Assembly: GCA_977017575.1 (NCBI GenBank)
Contig: CDRNVI010000040.1
Span: forward strand, 248,001 to 312,000
DNA from: Paramoeba atlantica
Taxonomy: Eukaryota > Protista > Discosea
DNA length: 64,000 nucleotides
Direction of reading: 5' to 3'
Of this stretch, positions 32,309 through 44,028 are shown one piece after another. Both the position numbers and the translations under genes were made by a program. The notes under the pieces were generated by a model. The model was not told the origin of the DNA. It saw only the letters and a program-made list of their open reading frames with translations, and searched no databases. How positions within the stretch are numbered: the stretch's first letter is position 1; the number at the start of each line of letters is the position of its first letter.

Positions 32309-33862
32309 ATGTCCCCGCCTCTGGAATCCGAGGTCACCCACCTTGTCTGCCAATTCTTCACCGAGGACGGACAACCCGCGGGGGCCCCCGTCACCCTCCC
32401 CATCTCCACCTCCCCCACCCAAATGGACGCCATCCTCCACACCCTCCTCCCCCCCCCTCCCCACACCCCCCCTCCCCCCTCCCCCCTCCCCTACGCCTAC
32501 TTCATCCACGACACCCCCCTCACCACCCCCCTCGGGCCCTTCCTGCTCGACCACCAGCGCCGCGCCCACCGGGGGCGTCTCCTCTCCGAGGGCCGTCGCC
32601 TCCCCCCCGGCGCGCCCCCCGCCCCTGGGCTCGAGGTCCCCTCCGAGGGCCTGGTGCGGATCGTCTACCGCCCCCAGGCCCTCTTCCGCGTGCTCCCGGT
32701 CACCCGCTGCAGCGCCGCCCTCACGGGCCACACCCACGCGGTGCTCGTCGTGGCCTTCGCCCCGGACAGCGCCGTGCTGGCGACCGCGGGGGGGGACGGC
32801 ACGGTGCGGCTGTGGGAGATGGCCACCGCGACCCCGTGCGCGAGCCTGCTGGGGCACACGGACTGGGTCCAGGCCCTGGCCTGGGCCCCCGGGGGGGGGT
32901 ACCTGGTGAGTGGGTCCCGGGAGGGGGCGGTGGGGGTGTGGGGGGACGGCGGGGGTAGCGGTGGGCCACAGGGGGGAAAGCTGTGTGGGAGGGGACATGG
33001 GGGGTATGTCACGGGGGCGAGTTGGGAACCGTTGCACCGGACGGGGACGGGGAGGGGACGGTTTGTGACGAGTTCAAAGGATGGGACGGTTCGGGTGTGG
33101 AGGGTGAGTGAGGCGCACCGGGGGGAGTTGGAAGGGGTGTTGTCTGGGCATAGTGCGTGTGTGACGTGTGTGAGATGGGGAGGGGGTGGGTTGGTGTATT
33201 CCAGTTCACACGATCGCACGTTGATGGTGTGGGATGTGGAAAGTCGGACGGTGGTGCACACGTTACGTGGGCATGGGCACTGGGTGAATAATTTTGCGTT
33301 GAATACAGAGCTTGTGTTAAGGAGCGGAGCGTTTGACCACACGAAAAAGGTGTTTGGGGGAAAACTGGAGGCATCGGAGTATGCAAAAACTCGGTACGAA
33401 GAGGTCTTACGGACGAGTGGTGGGCAAGAGAAGCTTGTGAGTTGCAGCGATGACCATACGTTGTTTCTGTGGACCCCGGGGGATAGCGCCAAGCCAGTGG
33501 CCCGCATGACAGGACACCAAGATTTGATTTACTCCGTGCGTTTTTCTCCGGATGGGTCAACCATTGCCTCGGCGAGCCAAGACAAAAGCATCAAGTTGTG
33601 GCGCGCACGTGATGGGCATTACATGTGCAGCCTCAGAAACCATGTCGGGGCTGTGTATCACGTAGCATGGAGTCTGGACTCTCGCTTTCTCGTATCGGCA
33701 TCGAAGGATTCAACTATAAAATTATGGGATCCGTCCCGCGGTCGTATGATCGAGGATCTCCCAGGGCATGCTGACGAGGTATACGCTGTTGACTGGAGTC
33801 CTGATGGTTTACGCGTGGCTAGTGGATCAAAGGACACATCGGTTAGAATATGGAGGCATTAA
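32309..33862 (+). CDS. NLE1: Notchless/Rsa4 ribosome assembly factor (NLE + WD40)
   Basis: [68 protein letters not shown]. Confidence 0.95.
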   Translation: MSPPLESEVTHLVCQFFTEDGQPAGAPVTLPISTSPTQMDAILHTLLPPPPHTPPPPSPLPYAYFIHDTPLTTPLGPFLLDHQRRAHRGRLLSEGRRLPPGAPPAPGLEVPSEGLVRIVYRPQALFRVLPVTRCSAALTGHTHAVLVVAFAPDSAVLATAGGDGTVRLWEMATATPCASLLGHTDWVQALAWAPGGGYLVSGSREGAVGVWGDGGGSGGPQGGKLCGRGHGGYVTGASWEPLHRTGTGRGRFVTSSKDGTVRVWRVSEAHRGELEGVLSGHSACVTCVRWGGGGLVYSSSHDRTLMVWDVESRTVVHTLRGHGHWVNNFALNTELVLRSGAFDHTKKVFGGKLEASEYAKTRYEEVLRTSGGQEKLVSCSDDHTLFLWTPGDSAKPVARMTGHQDLIYSVRFSPDGSTIASASQDKSIKLWRARDGHYMCSLRNHVGAVYHVAWSLDSRFLVSASKDSTIKLWDPSRGRMIEDLPGHADEVYAVDWSPDGLRVASGSKDTSVRIWRH

Positions 33863-34054
33863 GAGTGATGAATACCATGGGAATAAGGGTAAATATCATT
33901 CGGCGTAATATTTCTCGATTTAACTTCGCTTCAAGCTTCCGAAGGAGGTGGAACTCCGGAATGTGATACATGTTTAATTCCGTGAAAAAGGTTAGCTACT
34001 GTAGAGTATTATGTACACGTATTCTGAACACCCTATTCTTAGGCACGAAATATA

Positions 34055-34132
34055 TTGAACCACCGTCCGGATTATTGTACCCAGGGGCACTTATTGTACC
34101 TCCTATGTACAATAACCCGGATGGTGGTTTAG
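34055..34132. mobile_element. 78-bp minimal MITE
   Basis: 26-bp TIR matching at 22/26 (consensus-like CTAAACCACCATCCGGGTTATTGTAC); TA on the left, TT on the right. Confidence 0.75.
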
Positions 34133-34232
34133 TTAAGTAGTCTATACAGCTGATAACTGTTTCTATATACAATTATATTAGCATGGGCGTTTCGTATAGA
34201 AGAGACTTTCGAAGTCTTTTTGCTCCGTTTCC

Positions 34233-36281
34233 ATGAAGAAACCTTTGGCTAGCAGTCTGTGGAAAGTGCTCGGATTATCAGGGCCAGTCAAAACTACCAG
34301 TCAACTGCGCAACGCATATTTCGCCTCCGTATTGAAGATGCATCCAGATGTCTCTAAGGAGAGCAATGCACCTGAAAAATTTTGCGCTCTTACGTCAGCC
34401 TATCATACCTTGCTACGTGAGATGAAAGCAAGCGTATACCTGAAAAGGTATGGACACAATGTACGAGAACAGGGTGCTTGTGGCACTCACACAGTACATG
34501 CACGTAAATGGTCCTGGCACCGTATAGCACAAGAATGCAAAACGCGCACGCTCTTGAGTGATCAAATCCGTCGTCATCTTGTTGATGCTTGTCGAATGCT
34601 TAGCTCAGAGACCGAATTTGAGACTCAACTACACTTGGATCTTCCACAATCTTGCTTCACATTTGTTGATGCAGGCAATAACCTAATTAACAATCTTCAT
34701 GTGGCTAATCAAGAACTCGCAAAAGTAAACAAAACAATGCCACTTATTATTCGTGAATGTTTTCGCCAAAGAGATAGCACTGTGAATCTACCAGTATCCC
34801 CAAAACCACTTCTGCTCGTAGGAGCTATAAAGTTAAACCTTAATTTTTCGCGGAAAGAAAAACAAGAATCGTGTGATTCGGAGACTGTGGAGTACAGTTC
34901 CTCTTTGAGAATTCGCAAACCCCATAGTGACTTTACGGTTTCTGAACTAAACTCCGATACTGTTCATAAATTGGAGTGTATTTCGATAGAATATTTTACT
35001 CTCAAAAAACGGGTTCAAAAATGTTTGGACATCCTTGCACTCCAATGGAGCGGTATTCCCTTTCACGTTCCCTTAGACTTATATTCCGAGGGAATTCAAG
35101 AAATGCGGAACAAGGTGGAGGTGATTGAAAATCTTGCTCAAAGCATTACTATTGGTGAACAAAACGAGACTTCTAATGTTCGACGATCAGTATGCCTGCG
35201 TGAGCTTGGAATGCACGCTGTTTCTGCGACAGAAACGGATTCGCAATCTATTCGTTCCGCTTCGTTAGATTCTGATGGTACCGAATGTGATTTAGATGGC
35301 GATGCAAGCGTATCACTTAAAAATCTTACTACGGGCACTGTCACTCGTGTCCAGCTTGATCTGCCTCGAGAAAACACAACGGATGAAAATGGAAATCTTC
35401 GAGTGGTCGTATCGAAAGACCCAACAGAGCCCTCTAATTCACGCATTCCAAAGTATATTGTTAGAATATGTTTGTGCTCGTCTTATGTTCCTTTTCTGAA
35501 GGGCCTGGAGGAGGCTTCAAAGAAACTTGAAACCCGCTTAATGAAAAGAAAACACGTAAGAACCCAAGTATATTCTTTACGACAGAAACTTCCGGATTCT
35601 AGTCGAAGATTTTTCACGCGCACATATGGGTTTGCCGATGAGGAGGAGTTAATCTTTATGAAAAGGTTAGGTGGAGCAAAACTTCCCTTGCGCTTGTTTT
35701 CTCAGGGTTGTGACGTTCATAAAAGTGATTTCGTGTCTGGCACTGGTGCTCTGGTGGACCATATCCCTCAAGACTTTTGGTGGTGTGAAGCAGGAGAAGC
35801 CATGGACACTAGTATTGCTATTTTAGACAATTCAAACATATCAAGTCAGAGATTCTTTAACGTGTGGTTTCAATACGTAGCTGCCTGTTGTCAGGTACGG
35901 GATCTCATTGAAACCGACCTTCGAGAGATGCACATTCGATCCATACTAAAAAGGTCCTCACCACGTGTTGCGATGGATCAACTTTACACGTTTATTCAGG
36001 CGTTCGCTAACTCTAACTGTCGCACGTCACTTGAAAATAGAGTTCTTTACGAAGATCTCGGCCACGAATTTGAGAAGAAACGTACACAAGAGCAGACAAA
36101 GTCTTGTGACAACGATTTTCTTTGCATATTAGTAGCCCCGGAAAATACCTCTATTTCAATATCTGCGAAAGGTGAACTTTACCTTCCCTGGAACATCAGT
36201 CCGTCGGACCTTAATGATTGGATTGAAAGTAGACCTGACATTCCACGCCTCGAACAAAGTGTAATGCATCGCTCTTCGTAA
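34233..36281 (+). CDS. J-domain protein, possibly TCAIM-like
   Basis: LRNAYFASVLKMHPDV...EKFCALTSAY J-domain with HPD; C-terminal GELYLPWN resembles TCAIM-type proteins. Confidence 0.65.
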   Translation: MKKPLASSLWKVLGLSGPVKTTSQLRNAYFASVLKMHPDVSKESNAPEKFCALTSAYHTLLREMKASVYLKRYGHNVREQGACGTHTVHARKWSWHRIAQECKTRTLLSDQIRRHLVDACRMLSSETEFETQLHLDLPQSCFTFVDAGNNLINNLHVANQELAKVNKTMPLIIRECFRQRDSTVNLPVSPKPLLLVGAIKLNLNFSRKEKQESCDSETVEYSSSLRIRKPHSDFTVSELNSDTVHKLECISIEYFTLKKRVQKCLDILALQWSGIPFHVPLDLYSEGIQEMRNKVEVIENLAQSITIGEQNETSNVRRSVCLRELGMHAVSATETDSQSIRSASLDSDGTECDLDGDASVSLKNLTTGTVTRVQLDLPRENTTDENGNLRVVVSKDPTEPSNSRIPKYIVRICLCSSYVPFLKGLEEASKKLETRLMKRKHVRTQVYSLRQKLPDSSRRFFTRTYGFADEEELIFMKRLGGAKLPLRLFSQGCDVHKSDFVSGTGALVDHIPQDFWWCEAGEAMDTSIAILDNSNISSQRFFNVWFQYVAACCQVRDLIETDLREMHIRSILKRSSPRVAMDQLYTFIQAFANSNCRTSLENRVLYEDLGHEFEKKRTQEQTKSCDNDFLCILVAPENTSISISAKGELYLPWNISPSDLNDWIESRPDIPRLEQSVMHRSS

Positions 36282-36428
36282 AACACGATCCTCGGAGTTT
36301 GTTCAACTATAAAACTAAATAAATTCTTTTCATTCGGGATATACAATAAATTCTTGACTTTTCTTCGACTCATGTCGTCTCTATACTGTTTTGATAGCTA
36401 CAGTACCCTATTCTTTAGCCACAACGCC

Positions 36429-36698
36429 ATGACTGTGTTGACTGCCATTCGGAATTTTGATCCTGCTAAGTACATTCGTCAACACCCATGTAGAGTGTTC
36501 TCCGGTATTTGGCTCACATTCTGCGTATATGCAAATTACAAGTTATGGAATCGCATGAAAGAACTCTACCCAATATGGAGCGATATTGCGGCACAGAATC
36601 GGAAAGATTTTGCTAGCTACAAAACTCAAGAACTCTATGATATCCGCCATTATAACCGTAAAGCTGAAGAAATGCGACGAGACTTACAGGCAAGATAA
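36429..36698 (+). CDS. Small single-TM protein, probably mitochondrial inner membrane
   Basis: 89 aa, one hydrophobic segment (VFSGIWLTFCVYANY), charged C-terminus. Confidence 0.6.
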   Translation: MTVLTAIRNFDPAKYIRQHPCRVFSGIWLTFCVYANYKLWNRMKELYPIWSDIAAQNRKDFASYKTQELYDIRHYNRKAEEMRRDLQAR

Positions 36699-37041
36699 AC
36701 ACACTCATTACATATGCTGTCGCATATTTGTACAACAAAACGCTTGTGCTGCATTTCTGAAGGAAATTACGATCTTGCTTTCTGTGGTATCGTCCTTCAT
36801 ACACTTATAATCGTCAGCAATAGGGAACCAACATCTAGTTGTACAAATTATCTGGATACAGTAGCTTTACTAAGTTTCGTATGACAGCAAGAGATAAAAA
36901 CGATACTGATCTGGATAATAAACATGTCAGATATTGATTGTGTATATCTTGGGTTCTTAATGTACTTAGTCTTAATGTAGATAGAACACTGCTATTTTTC
37001 TTTTTTCTGATATTTTTCTGACTTTTATTTTGTTTCGCAGA

Positions 37042-38352
37042 ATGGGACAGTCCCAGAGCAATATAGGAGCTAACGATGACGGAAACACGGAGGAAAAGCG
37101 AAAATGGGAGCCTCCTGCAGCCCCTACTGTTGGAAAGAAAAAGAAGAAACGAACCCAAGCAGCGATCTCACGTCTCCCAAAGGTGTATCCAGCTAAAGCT
37201 TGTAGGCTTAAAGCCCTAAGGCTCGCCCGAATTAAGGATTACTTGCTTATGGAGGAAGAGTTTATTGACTCCTTTGGTGACACCGATACAACAGCGGCGC
37301 CCAGTGCAGTGGAACAGGAATTGCGTAAAGTACAGGAAATTCAAGGAATGCCTTTGCAGGTTGCGACGCTTGAGGAGATGGTGGATGATCAGCATGCCAT
37401 TGTAGAGAGCATTGGGGAGCACTATGTTCCCGTCATGAGCTTTGTGGACAAGGAACTTATCGAGCCTGGGTGTAGTGTCTTGATTCATAATAAAACCTAT
37501 GCGGTGGTGGGCGTTCTAGAAGATGATGCCGACCCTCTCGTGAGTGTAATGAAGGTAGAGAAAGCCCCACAAGAGTCCTACGCCGATATTGGAGGCTTGG
37601 AAAATCAGATTCAAGAAATCAAGGAAGCTGTTGAGTATCCCCTAACCCATCCAGAGCTCTATGAGGAAATTGGTATCAAACCTCCTAAAGGGGTAATACT
37701 GTACGGGGCACCTGGTACCGGAAAGACTCTTCTAGCCAAGGCAGTAGCGAATCAAACACACGCCACTTTCCTGCGTGTTGTTGGTTCTGAACTAATTCAG
37801 AAGTATCTTGGAGACGGGCCGAAGTTGGTCAGAGAACTCTTTCGTGTCGCAGAAGAAAACTCTCCCTCCGTCGTGTTTATTGATGAAATTGACGCTGTAG
37901 GGACGAAGCGTTACGATGCCTCCAGCAGCGGGGAACGAGAGATTCAAAGAACAATGTTGGAACTTTTGAATCAATTGGATGGCTTTGACATTCACAGTGA
38001 GGTAAAGGTAATTATGGCAACCAACAGAATTGAGACGTTGGATCCCGCATTGTTAAGACCCGGGCGAATTGATCGAAAAATTGAGTTTCCTCTTCCAGAC
38101 CAAAAAACGAAAAAGATGATTTTTGACATACATACGGGGAAAATGGCACTCACAGAGGATGTCGATCTTTCAGAATTTGTTATGGCACGTGATGAAATGT
38201 CTGGGGCCGATATACAGGCCATGTGCACGGAGGCTGGTTTGTTAGCACTGCGAGAGCGTCGCATGAAGGTCAGCCAGGCTGATTTCCTCAAGGCGAAGGA
38301 GAACGTTTTATACCGAAAAAACAAAGGTGCTCCGCAAGGTCTGTATGCGTAG
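37042..38352 (+). CDS. RPT2: 26S proteasome AAA-ATPase subunit 4
   Basis: MGQSQS start, [40 protein letters not shown]. Confidence 0.97.
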   Translation: MGQSQSNIGANDDGNTEEKRKWEPPAAPTVGKKKKKRTQAAISRLPKVYPAKACRLKALRLARIKDYLLMEEEFIDSFGDTDTTAAPSAVEQELRKVQEIQGMPLQVATLEEMVDDQHAIVESIGEHYVPVMSFVDKELIEPGCSVLIHNKTYAVVGVLEDDADPLVSVMKVEKAPQESYADIGGLENQIQEIKEAVEYPLTHPELYEEIGIKPPKGVILYGAPGTGKTLLAKAVANQTHATFLRVVGSELIQKYLGDGPKLVRELFRVAEENSPSVVFIDEIDAVGTKRYDASSSGEREIQRTMLELLNQLDGFDIHSEVKVIMATNRIETLDPALLRPGRIDRKIEFPLPDQKTKKMIFDIHTGKMALTEDVDLSEFVMARDEMSGADIQAMCTEAGLLALRERRMKVSQADFLKAKENVLYRKNKGAPQGLYA

Positions 38353-38759
38353 GGTCATAACTATTTCATTTCTTTTTATCTTGGAAAGCAATCCCTACAT
38401 ATAAATGTCACTCGTTTTTTTGAAGCAATGAGTAGCCATAGTTACTAAGGTTACTAATAACCTTAGGGCCTAGGTGGTGGGCCTAGGGGGTTCACACCAG
38501 TATCTTTTGCTTGACTCACGTGACACGAATAGCATACTTACAGGACTAATAATAGCTTTCCAGATAAAATGTTACGTATCCTGCAGTAATATCTGATTTT
38601 TTATTCTCTACATACTTAGGACTCTGCAATAAATTAACTACGATTTCCACATGGCACTTACAACTTAGTACTCCGCATATTGTATTATATACTATCATAC
38701 AAAAAGCACTTAAATGGGCTTTTCCTCTTCTTCTTTGGGTTTTCTATACTTTGTACACC

Positions 38760-39143
38760 ATGAGGCTACTGACACACAATTTTTTACAATGTGTCAATTG
38801 CTGCAGTTTGGGCTATCCCCTAGCCCTTCAGGTATCCTCGCAGGACGAAGTAGAGTACGTAGAATGTGATTTTGACGAAGCTTTCATCCAAAATTTATTG
38901 AATCGGCTTGATTTTAAAGCCTTACGAGCTGCTATCGAAGGGCTTCCGATTCACATGGAGCTTCCCGTGTCTATACCCGAATCCTGCGAGTCCGAAGTTT
39001 TGTCTTTACCAGAAATGGAGGCCGTGCACAAGGCTTTGAATTGCTATGAGATTTTGAATGGGACGATGACTTGTCCTGAATGCTCACAAGTCTATGATAT
39101 TAATGATCGGATCCCAAATATGGTGGTCCCCTCCAAGGAATGA
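38760..39143 (+). CDS. TRM112: Methyltransferase activator Trm112
   Basis: MRLLTHNFLQC...GTMTCPECSQVYDINDRIPNM. Confidence 0.92.
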   Translation: MRLLTHNFLQCVNCCSLGYPLALQVSSQDEVEYVECDFDEAFIQNLLNRLDFKALRAAIEGLPIHMELPVSIPESCESEVLSLPEMEAVHKALNCYEILNGTMTCPECSQVYDINDRIPNMVVPSKE

Positions 39144-39519
39144 GATGTGCTTTCAAGTCATAAACAGACGATTATTTGCAGCGAAAGACAATCATGTTAC
39201 AATGATTACGGATATGAGATAGAAAATGTTTGCGTCAAAATTCTTACTTTGCATTGCTATATTTTTTACGCGTTTTTTTGAAACGCATTTCAAGAGTTTG
39301 TGGACTTCAATGATCGTGTTTTCCTTTTACAGCTTTAAGCGAAGATGGGGCCCTCCAAAAATTTTGATCAATACGGAGCACCAGACGTTTCGGCTAAGCA
39401 TTTCAAAAAATTGGTGTTTAGGCTGGGGTAGCATTTTTTGAAGTCCACTGCCAATTTAAAAAATTGGAATAATAAGTGTACGCGCACACTTAATTTTTTT
39501 TGCCGTTTTTTTGGTTTTT

Positions 39520-39610
39520 CCAATTTTTAGTTATTGTGCCAAGAGCCACGTATTGTGCCTAGAGCTAGTTATTGTGCAGGGGGGGCTCAATAACCCGGAA
39601 CACGGTTTAG
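39520..39610. mobile_element. Solo right end of the same family as the 34055 MITE
   Basis: CAATAACCCGGAACACGGTTTAG|TA with internal TTATTGTGC repeats; left end not found. Confidence 0.6.
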
Positions 39611-39759
39611 TACATGTATTCACCTAAGAGAACCTTTCGAACCCTTCAAAACCTTTCCTTTATTTATGATGCCAATCTTTTGCATGAACTTTACAGTCAT
39701 GATAGCATGCCAACCCTTTAACAGACTGATACAAGTACACGATATCAAATTGATTTCCA

Positions 39760-39990
39760 TATTTTTGCTCATTTTTATTGCATACGAGAGATCTCGTTCC
39801 CGTGGAAAAGAGCATTTTCCCATATTGATCCCTTGTACGCCCTGGTCAGAGAATAAGCGCTTAGGCCAAAAAAATAGAAAAATTATTAAAAATATTTTTA
39901 TTACTTTGTAAAAACATCTGTGTCTTTTTTTTTAAAGAGACTTAAAAGCAGCGGGAACGTACAGATCTAAAACATTTGCACGATTTTATA
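39760..39990 (-). repeat. Copy of the dispersed GAACGAGATCTCTCG repeat family
   Basis: Reverse complement aligns to 25645-25940; exact 16-mer GAACGAGATCTCTCGT shared (39784-39799 vs 25867-25882). Confidence 0.8.
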
Positions 39991-40376
39991 CGTTCAATGT
40001 ATACAAAAACGCGTTCTTGCAAAATTATACATGTACAACCAAAGTGACACCCAACTCAGTCACATGCCCACCAACATATAAATAATTTCATAGCGTCTCC
40101 CTAGACCAGGGATAGACCAGCGGGTAAGTGTAGCTAAGTGCGGGTAAGCGGGTACACTCACCCAGCTGGGTGGGTACTCGACTTACCCTTTTAGGTGTAT
40201 TTCGCAGATAGCTTTTTATTGTAGCCCTAAGAATAGTTCCTATGTGAACCCGTGGGTCCGAGGAGCTGGGTCCGGACTCAAAGACCCACAGAATGTACCG
40301 TGTAAAGAATTATGACAGGGGGAGTAGGATTTGTTCTACAAACTTTCTTTGTCTCACCTAAATTTATTATAGTCTT

Positions 40377-40715
40377 ATGACTTCTCCGAGCGCCTCTGTT
40401 CTTACTTCTGACGAAATAGCGGAAGCTACCAAATCTCTTGTTACGGAAATTATTCCTGAAAATGCGCCGTATCAGCACAGCCAAGTGCAGCAGTGGTGTG
40501 GTCAAATCGTAGAAGCCTGCACAAAAAAATACCTGGAGCTCAGTAGCGCACCTCGGAAATACATAACTTCGTGCGTAATATTACAAAATAAGGGTGCTGG
40601 TGTACACGCTGCTTCAGCATGCCATTGGGATGCGTCATGCGACTTTTCATCAACCGTAAAGCATGAATTACCGGAAATGATATGCATTGTCACGGTGTAT
40701 TGTGTCGGAATTTAG
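40377..40715 (+). CDS. DYNLT1: Dynein light chain, Tctex-1 family
   Basis: YQHSQVQQW...KYITSCVILQNKGAGVHAASACHWD...CIVTVY. Confidence 0.9.
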   Translation: MTSPSASVLTSDEIAEATKSLVTEIIPENAPYQHSQVQQWCGQIVEACTKKYLELSSAPRKYITSCVILQNKGAGVHAASACHWDASCDFSSTVKHELPEMICIVTVYCVGI

Positions 40716-41089
40716 AAAATTAATGGTTCATGCATGCCTTACATCATGATTGGAATTGACGTTTTGCTGATTTTTTATACTATGGGTGCTCCGGAAGTCT
40801 GATTGCAGTATTGTATTCACAAATGTACTGAAAAAGAAGCCTTTTAGCAATCTGAAGGTAGAGTGACAAATTTGAGATGGTGCACATTGTTTTTAGCCAG
40901 TGTCGTACTGGTGTCGTACTCCGTCGGAGTAGTTCACATTCAATAAACGGGCGAAATTATAAACTTTTTCACGGTTTGGTGTCACGTTTGCACCTGTTAC
41001 TTTTTTATTGCAATATTCTATTCTTTTCAACTTGTTCCTCTATTCTGCGCAATTTTTCTACGATATTCTTTTTGTCTTCAATTATTTTT

Positions 41090-42940
41090 ATGTCTCAAAT
41101 TGAAAAAACTTTGTCGGAAAAACTGCATCAAGTGGAAGATCCTGAAGAAATGCTTGCTCTCTCTGAGAGCATGCTAAAGTTGAACCTTTACAATGAAGTA
41201 GGTATACGACAGAAACTAAATGCTCTAATGGAGAAGGGACACTTTTCAGACATATGCTCATTTTTGGAGTCCTATTCACAACATAACCCCTATCCACTGG
41301 CACTGGCTTACGCCTACTACCGTTGCGAGCGCTACTTGGATTGCTTTGAAGTAATAGGAAGATTTTCATCTTCAACTACGGACGCCCAGATGCCACTCTC
41401 ACTTCTTTCTGCACAATGCATGTATCGAAGCTCTAAACTTGAAGATGCGTTCGCAATGTACCAGGACTTATTGAATTCGAAGGATCTTCCTACAGATTTG
41501 AAACAGCTTTTAGTTGTGAATTCATTAGCAATTCTTTCTGAATTTGAAGCATCGGAATGTTCTCTTCAGTTAGAAAAGCTTGATCCCTGGCTTAGGAATC
41601 TCGATAGTCCTGATATCAGAAACAACCTTGGAGTGGCACTAAGCTCGATTGGAAAAAGCGAGGAAGCTATGAGACTGTGGTTACAAGAAAGTTCGCTCGA
41701 TCAATTTTTGGAAAACCACCGCGGTACAGTTGAGGAAGAGCCGAGTAACTTTGTGACGCTTCTTGCGGTAGCGATGAGTCTCAAAAACGTTTGTACGAAA
41801 CGCCTCTGTGACGCATTGTCCTTAAATCGGAAGTTAAGCAAAAATGAATGTGTTGTGACAGAGATGAACAGCATCAAATTGAACAATATGATCAACACTT
41901 TTCAATGTATCAAAGGACTGCGTACATTGACAGAACACAGTGGTAAACTTACGAAACGTCAAAATTTTGTGGTAGAGTACAATACCGTATTCTATATGAT
42001 GCGACTAGGTCATCATCAAACTGCTTTACAACGAGCCAAAAATCTTTACATGGATTATCCATATGAGTTGCTTGCTGCGCAACTCTATGTTCACGTGATG
42101 ACTTCAATTTATCCGAAGAAAGTGACGGCACTCGTATCGACAATCTTGAAAAAGTTACCGTGTGATACCGCGACGCCTTTTAGCTCGGATCAATTTACCT
42201 TTATTCTTTTTCTCGCTCAACGTTTGTGGGACTTGCATGGTAAAATTGAGCTTGTGGAATTTGTTCTCTGTCATCTACCTGAAAATAAACGATTTTCCGT
42301 ACCGTTGCTTCTTACAGTTTCTCGTATGGCACAGAAAAGTAACCAGATTTCAAAAGCAGCCAATGTACTAGAGCAAGGTGTTAAATACTGGGAGAACAAA
42401 AAAGGAAGTAGTGCCTACTTTGCTCTCTTGAAGGAACTTGCCGTATTGTATAGTTCTGCGAAGAAACTTGATGAAGGGGTCAAAGTTCTTAAAAAGCTTG
42501 TTGAAATTTCTCCCAGCAAAGAGGTTCTAGCGAAACTTGTTCTTCTACTAAGTGAAATCAATCCAGACGAGGCTATACTATTCGCGGAGCGTTTGACGTC
42601 TACTGACGAAGAAACTGATCGACCAGAATTATCGACACTCGAGACAGAGGACCTTCCCCGAGTAAAACACTATACCACAGAGTCTCACAGCACACCAGCA
42701 TCACCTTTCCTAAGAAATAAAATGCTTAAAAAGCGCAGAAAGCGAACACGTGCCCACAAAGTTGACACAAGCACAAATTTCCCGCTAGATCCCGATCGCT
42801 GGTTGCCGTTGAGTGAACGTTCTTCCATGAAAAAACTGGGTAAGAAAACTTTAGCCCGTCTAGCTGAGGAAAGAAGATTGTTGGCTCAAGAGAAACGTGA
42901 GACCTTTAATAACAAGCTAATAGAAGCTACACAAGTATAG
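41090..42940 (+). CDS. SRP72: Signal recognition particle subunit SRP72
   Basis: TPR-like helical body; C-terminal KKRRKR...LDPDRWLPLSERS RNA-binding motif; ATG 41090 after a pyrimidine tract. Confidence 0.88.
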   Translation: MSQIEKTLSEKLHQVEDPEEMLALSESMLKLNLYNEVGIRQKLNALMEKGHFSDICSFLESYSQHNPYPLALAYAYYRCERYLDCFEVIGRFSSSTTDAQMPLSLLSAQCMYRSSKLEDAFAMYQDLLNSKDLPTDLKQLLVVNSLAILSEFEASECSLQLEKLDPWLRNLDSPDIRNNLGVALSSIGKSEEAMRLWLQESSLDQFLENHRGTVEEEPSNFVTLLAVAMSLKNVCTKRLCDALSLNRKLSKNECVVTEMNSIKLNNMINTFQCIKGLRTLTEHSGKLTKRQNFVVEYNTVFYMMRLGHHQTALQRAKNLYMDYPYELLAAQLYVHVMTSIYPKKVTALVSTILKKLPCDTATPFSSDQFTFILFLAQRLWDLHGKIELVEFVLCHLPENKRFSVPLLLTVSRMAQKSNQISKAANVLEQGVKYWENKKGSSAYFALLKELAVLYSSAKKLDEGVKVLKKLVEISPSKEVLAKLVLLLSEINPDEAILFAERLTSTDEETDRPELSTLETEDLPRVKHYTTESHSTPASPFLRNKMLKKRRKRTRAHKVDTSTNFPLDPDRWLPLSERSSMKKLGKKTLARLAEERRLLAQEKRETFNNKLIEATQV

Positions 42941-43413
42941 AAAAACACGGCTGGAGAGTTTGCAGTATTCACGATGAAAATTGTGACAGCATAATGCATA
43001 TTGCATGCCTAGAACAATCATGTATTACGTGAATAGCGAGAGACTCATCCAAAACCTCCTTTTTAATTTCCCTCTTTAACATACAATGTATGATAAACTG
43101 CCTATGTATTACATAGGCAGTTTTGAAAAAAATGTTTCATCGTTTTGTTGTATTTAATCTTATCTTAAATTTAAGATGCAGTAATCCTTGGGTTCCATGC
43201 AGCAACGTTGCATACGGAATACAGTATTCCGCATGAATTACGTCATGCAGTATGACTCATGGAGCATTACTACGAGAAATACCAGACATTCTATATGGTA
43301 AACCTATTCCTCCTATCTGGTTTTAATATAGCGAGAACTCAAAAGCAAAAACGAGTACCCCGATCCAACTACACTACAATCCATAGAACACTCTTTCCCT
43401 TCCCTGTTCCCTC

Positions 43414-44028
43414 ATGAGAACACTTCAGCCAGAGCTCAACAACGTCGCCAGGGCTGTGATTCTGGTGAGTGAGGCACGACGGCAGGAATTTCTTCACCTA
43501 CAGCACCAGCAGCAGTACTGCAAAATGCTGTTAAAGGCGCAGACCAGCGAGCCGTCGTGTGCGGAGGTGCGAAAGACGTGTGCGTGCTGCTCCCTCCCCC
43601 TTCACCGCATGTTAGATGTCCAGGGGCGGCTGGAGAATCTCCTTCGTCGGGGCTATCCCGAGCACGAGGTCACGACACTGGTCCCCTCCCTGCTGCTGCA
43701 GTATTCCGGACGGGAGGGGCAGTTAATGGATGACATGAGTGCGCAGTTCGGTCCCGAACCCACGGAGGACTCCGTGGAGCACCGCTACGAGAGCATACAA
43801 CGGAAATTACAGAATCTAAACCACAAATGGAAAAGGATTCTTCTACAAGCCCGTCAGGCTGCCTCGGAGGAGGAGTACTCCTCTGTGATACGGCACCTAA
43901 GCGTGATGCGTATCTTCCTAGAGGGGAGTCAGGCGACGACGTATTCATGTGACCCGATGGAATGCGAGCGGCGTGACATGCTCCATCTTGTGACACTGCA
44001 AAAATTAGGTCACATGCCCGTTTGCTAG
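43414..44028 (+). CDS. hypothetical protein
   Basis: Contains RLxxLL...YP...LLxQYxGRExQL...FGPEP helical motif and a coiled-coil. Confidence 0.7.
   Translation: MRTLQPELNNVARAVILVSEARRQEFLHLQHQQQYCKMLLKAQTSEPSCAEVRKTCACCSLPLHRMLDVQGRLENLLRRGYPEHEVTTLVPSLLLQYSGREGQLMDDMSAQFGPEPTEDSVEHRYESIQRKLQNLNHKWKRILLQARQAASEEEYSSVIRHLSVMRIFLEGSQATTYSCDPMECERRDMLHLVTLQKLGHMPVC

Noticed and set aside
32234-33560. Long overlapping ORFs on the opposite strand or other frames within the GC islands (also 17318-18014 and 63382-63924)
   Set aside because: They are shadows of stop-poor, GC-skewed coding sequence; translations are Gly/Pro/Arg low-complexity, while the + frame encodes recognisable proteins.
40377-40715. 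Tctex-1 as evidence for a flagellum
   Set aside because: Tctex-1 is also a cytoplasmic dynein light chain, so it is uninformative on its own.
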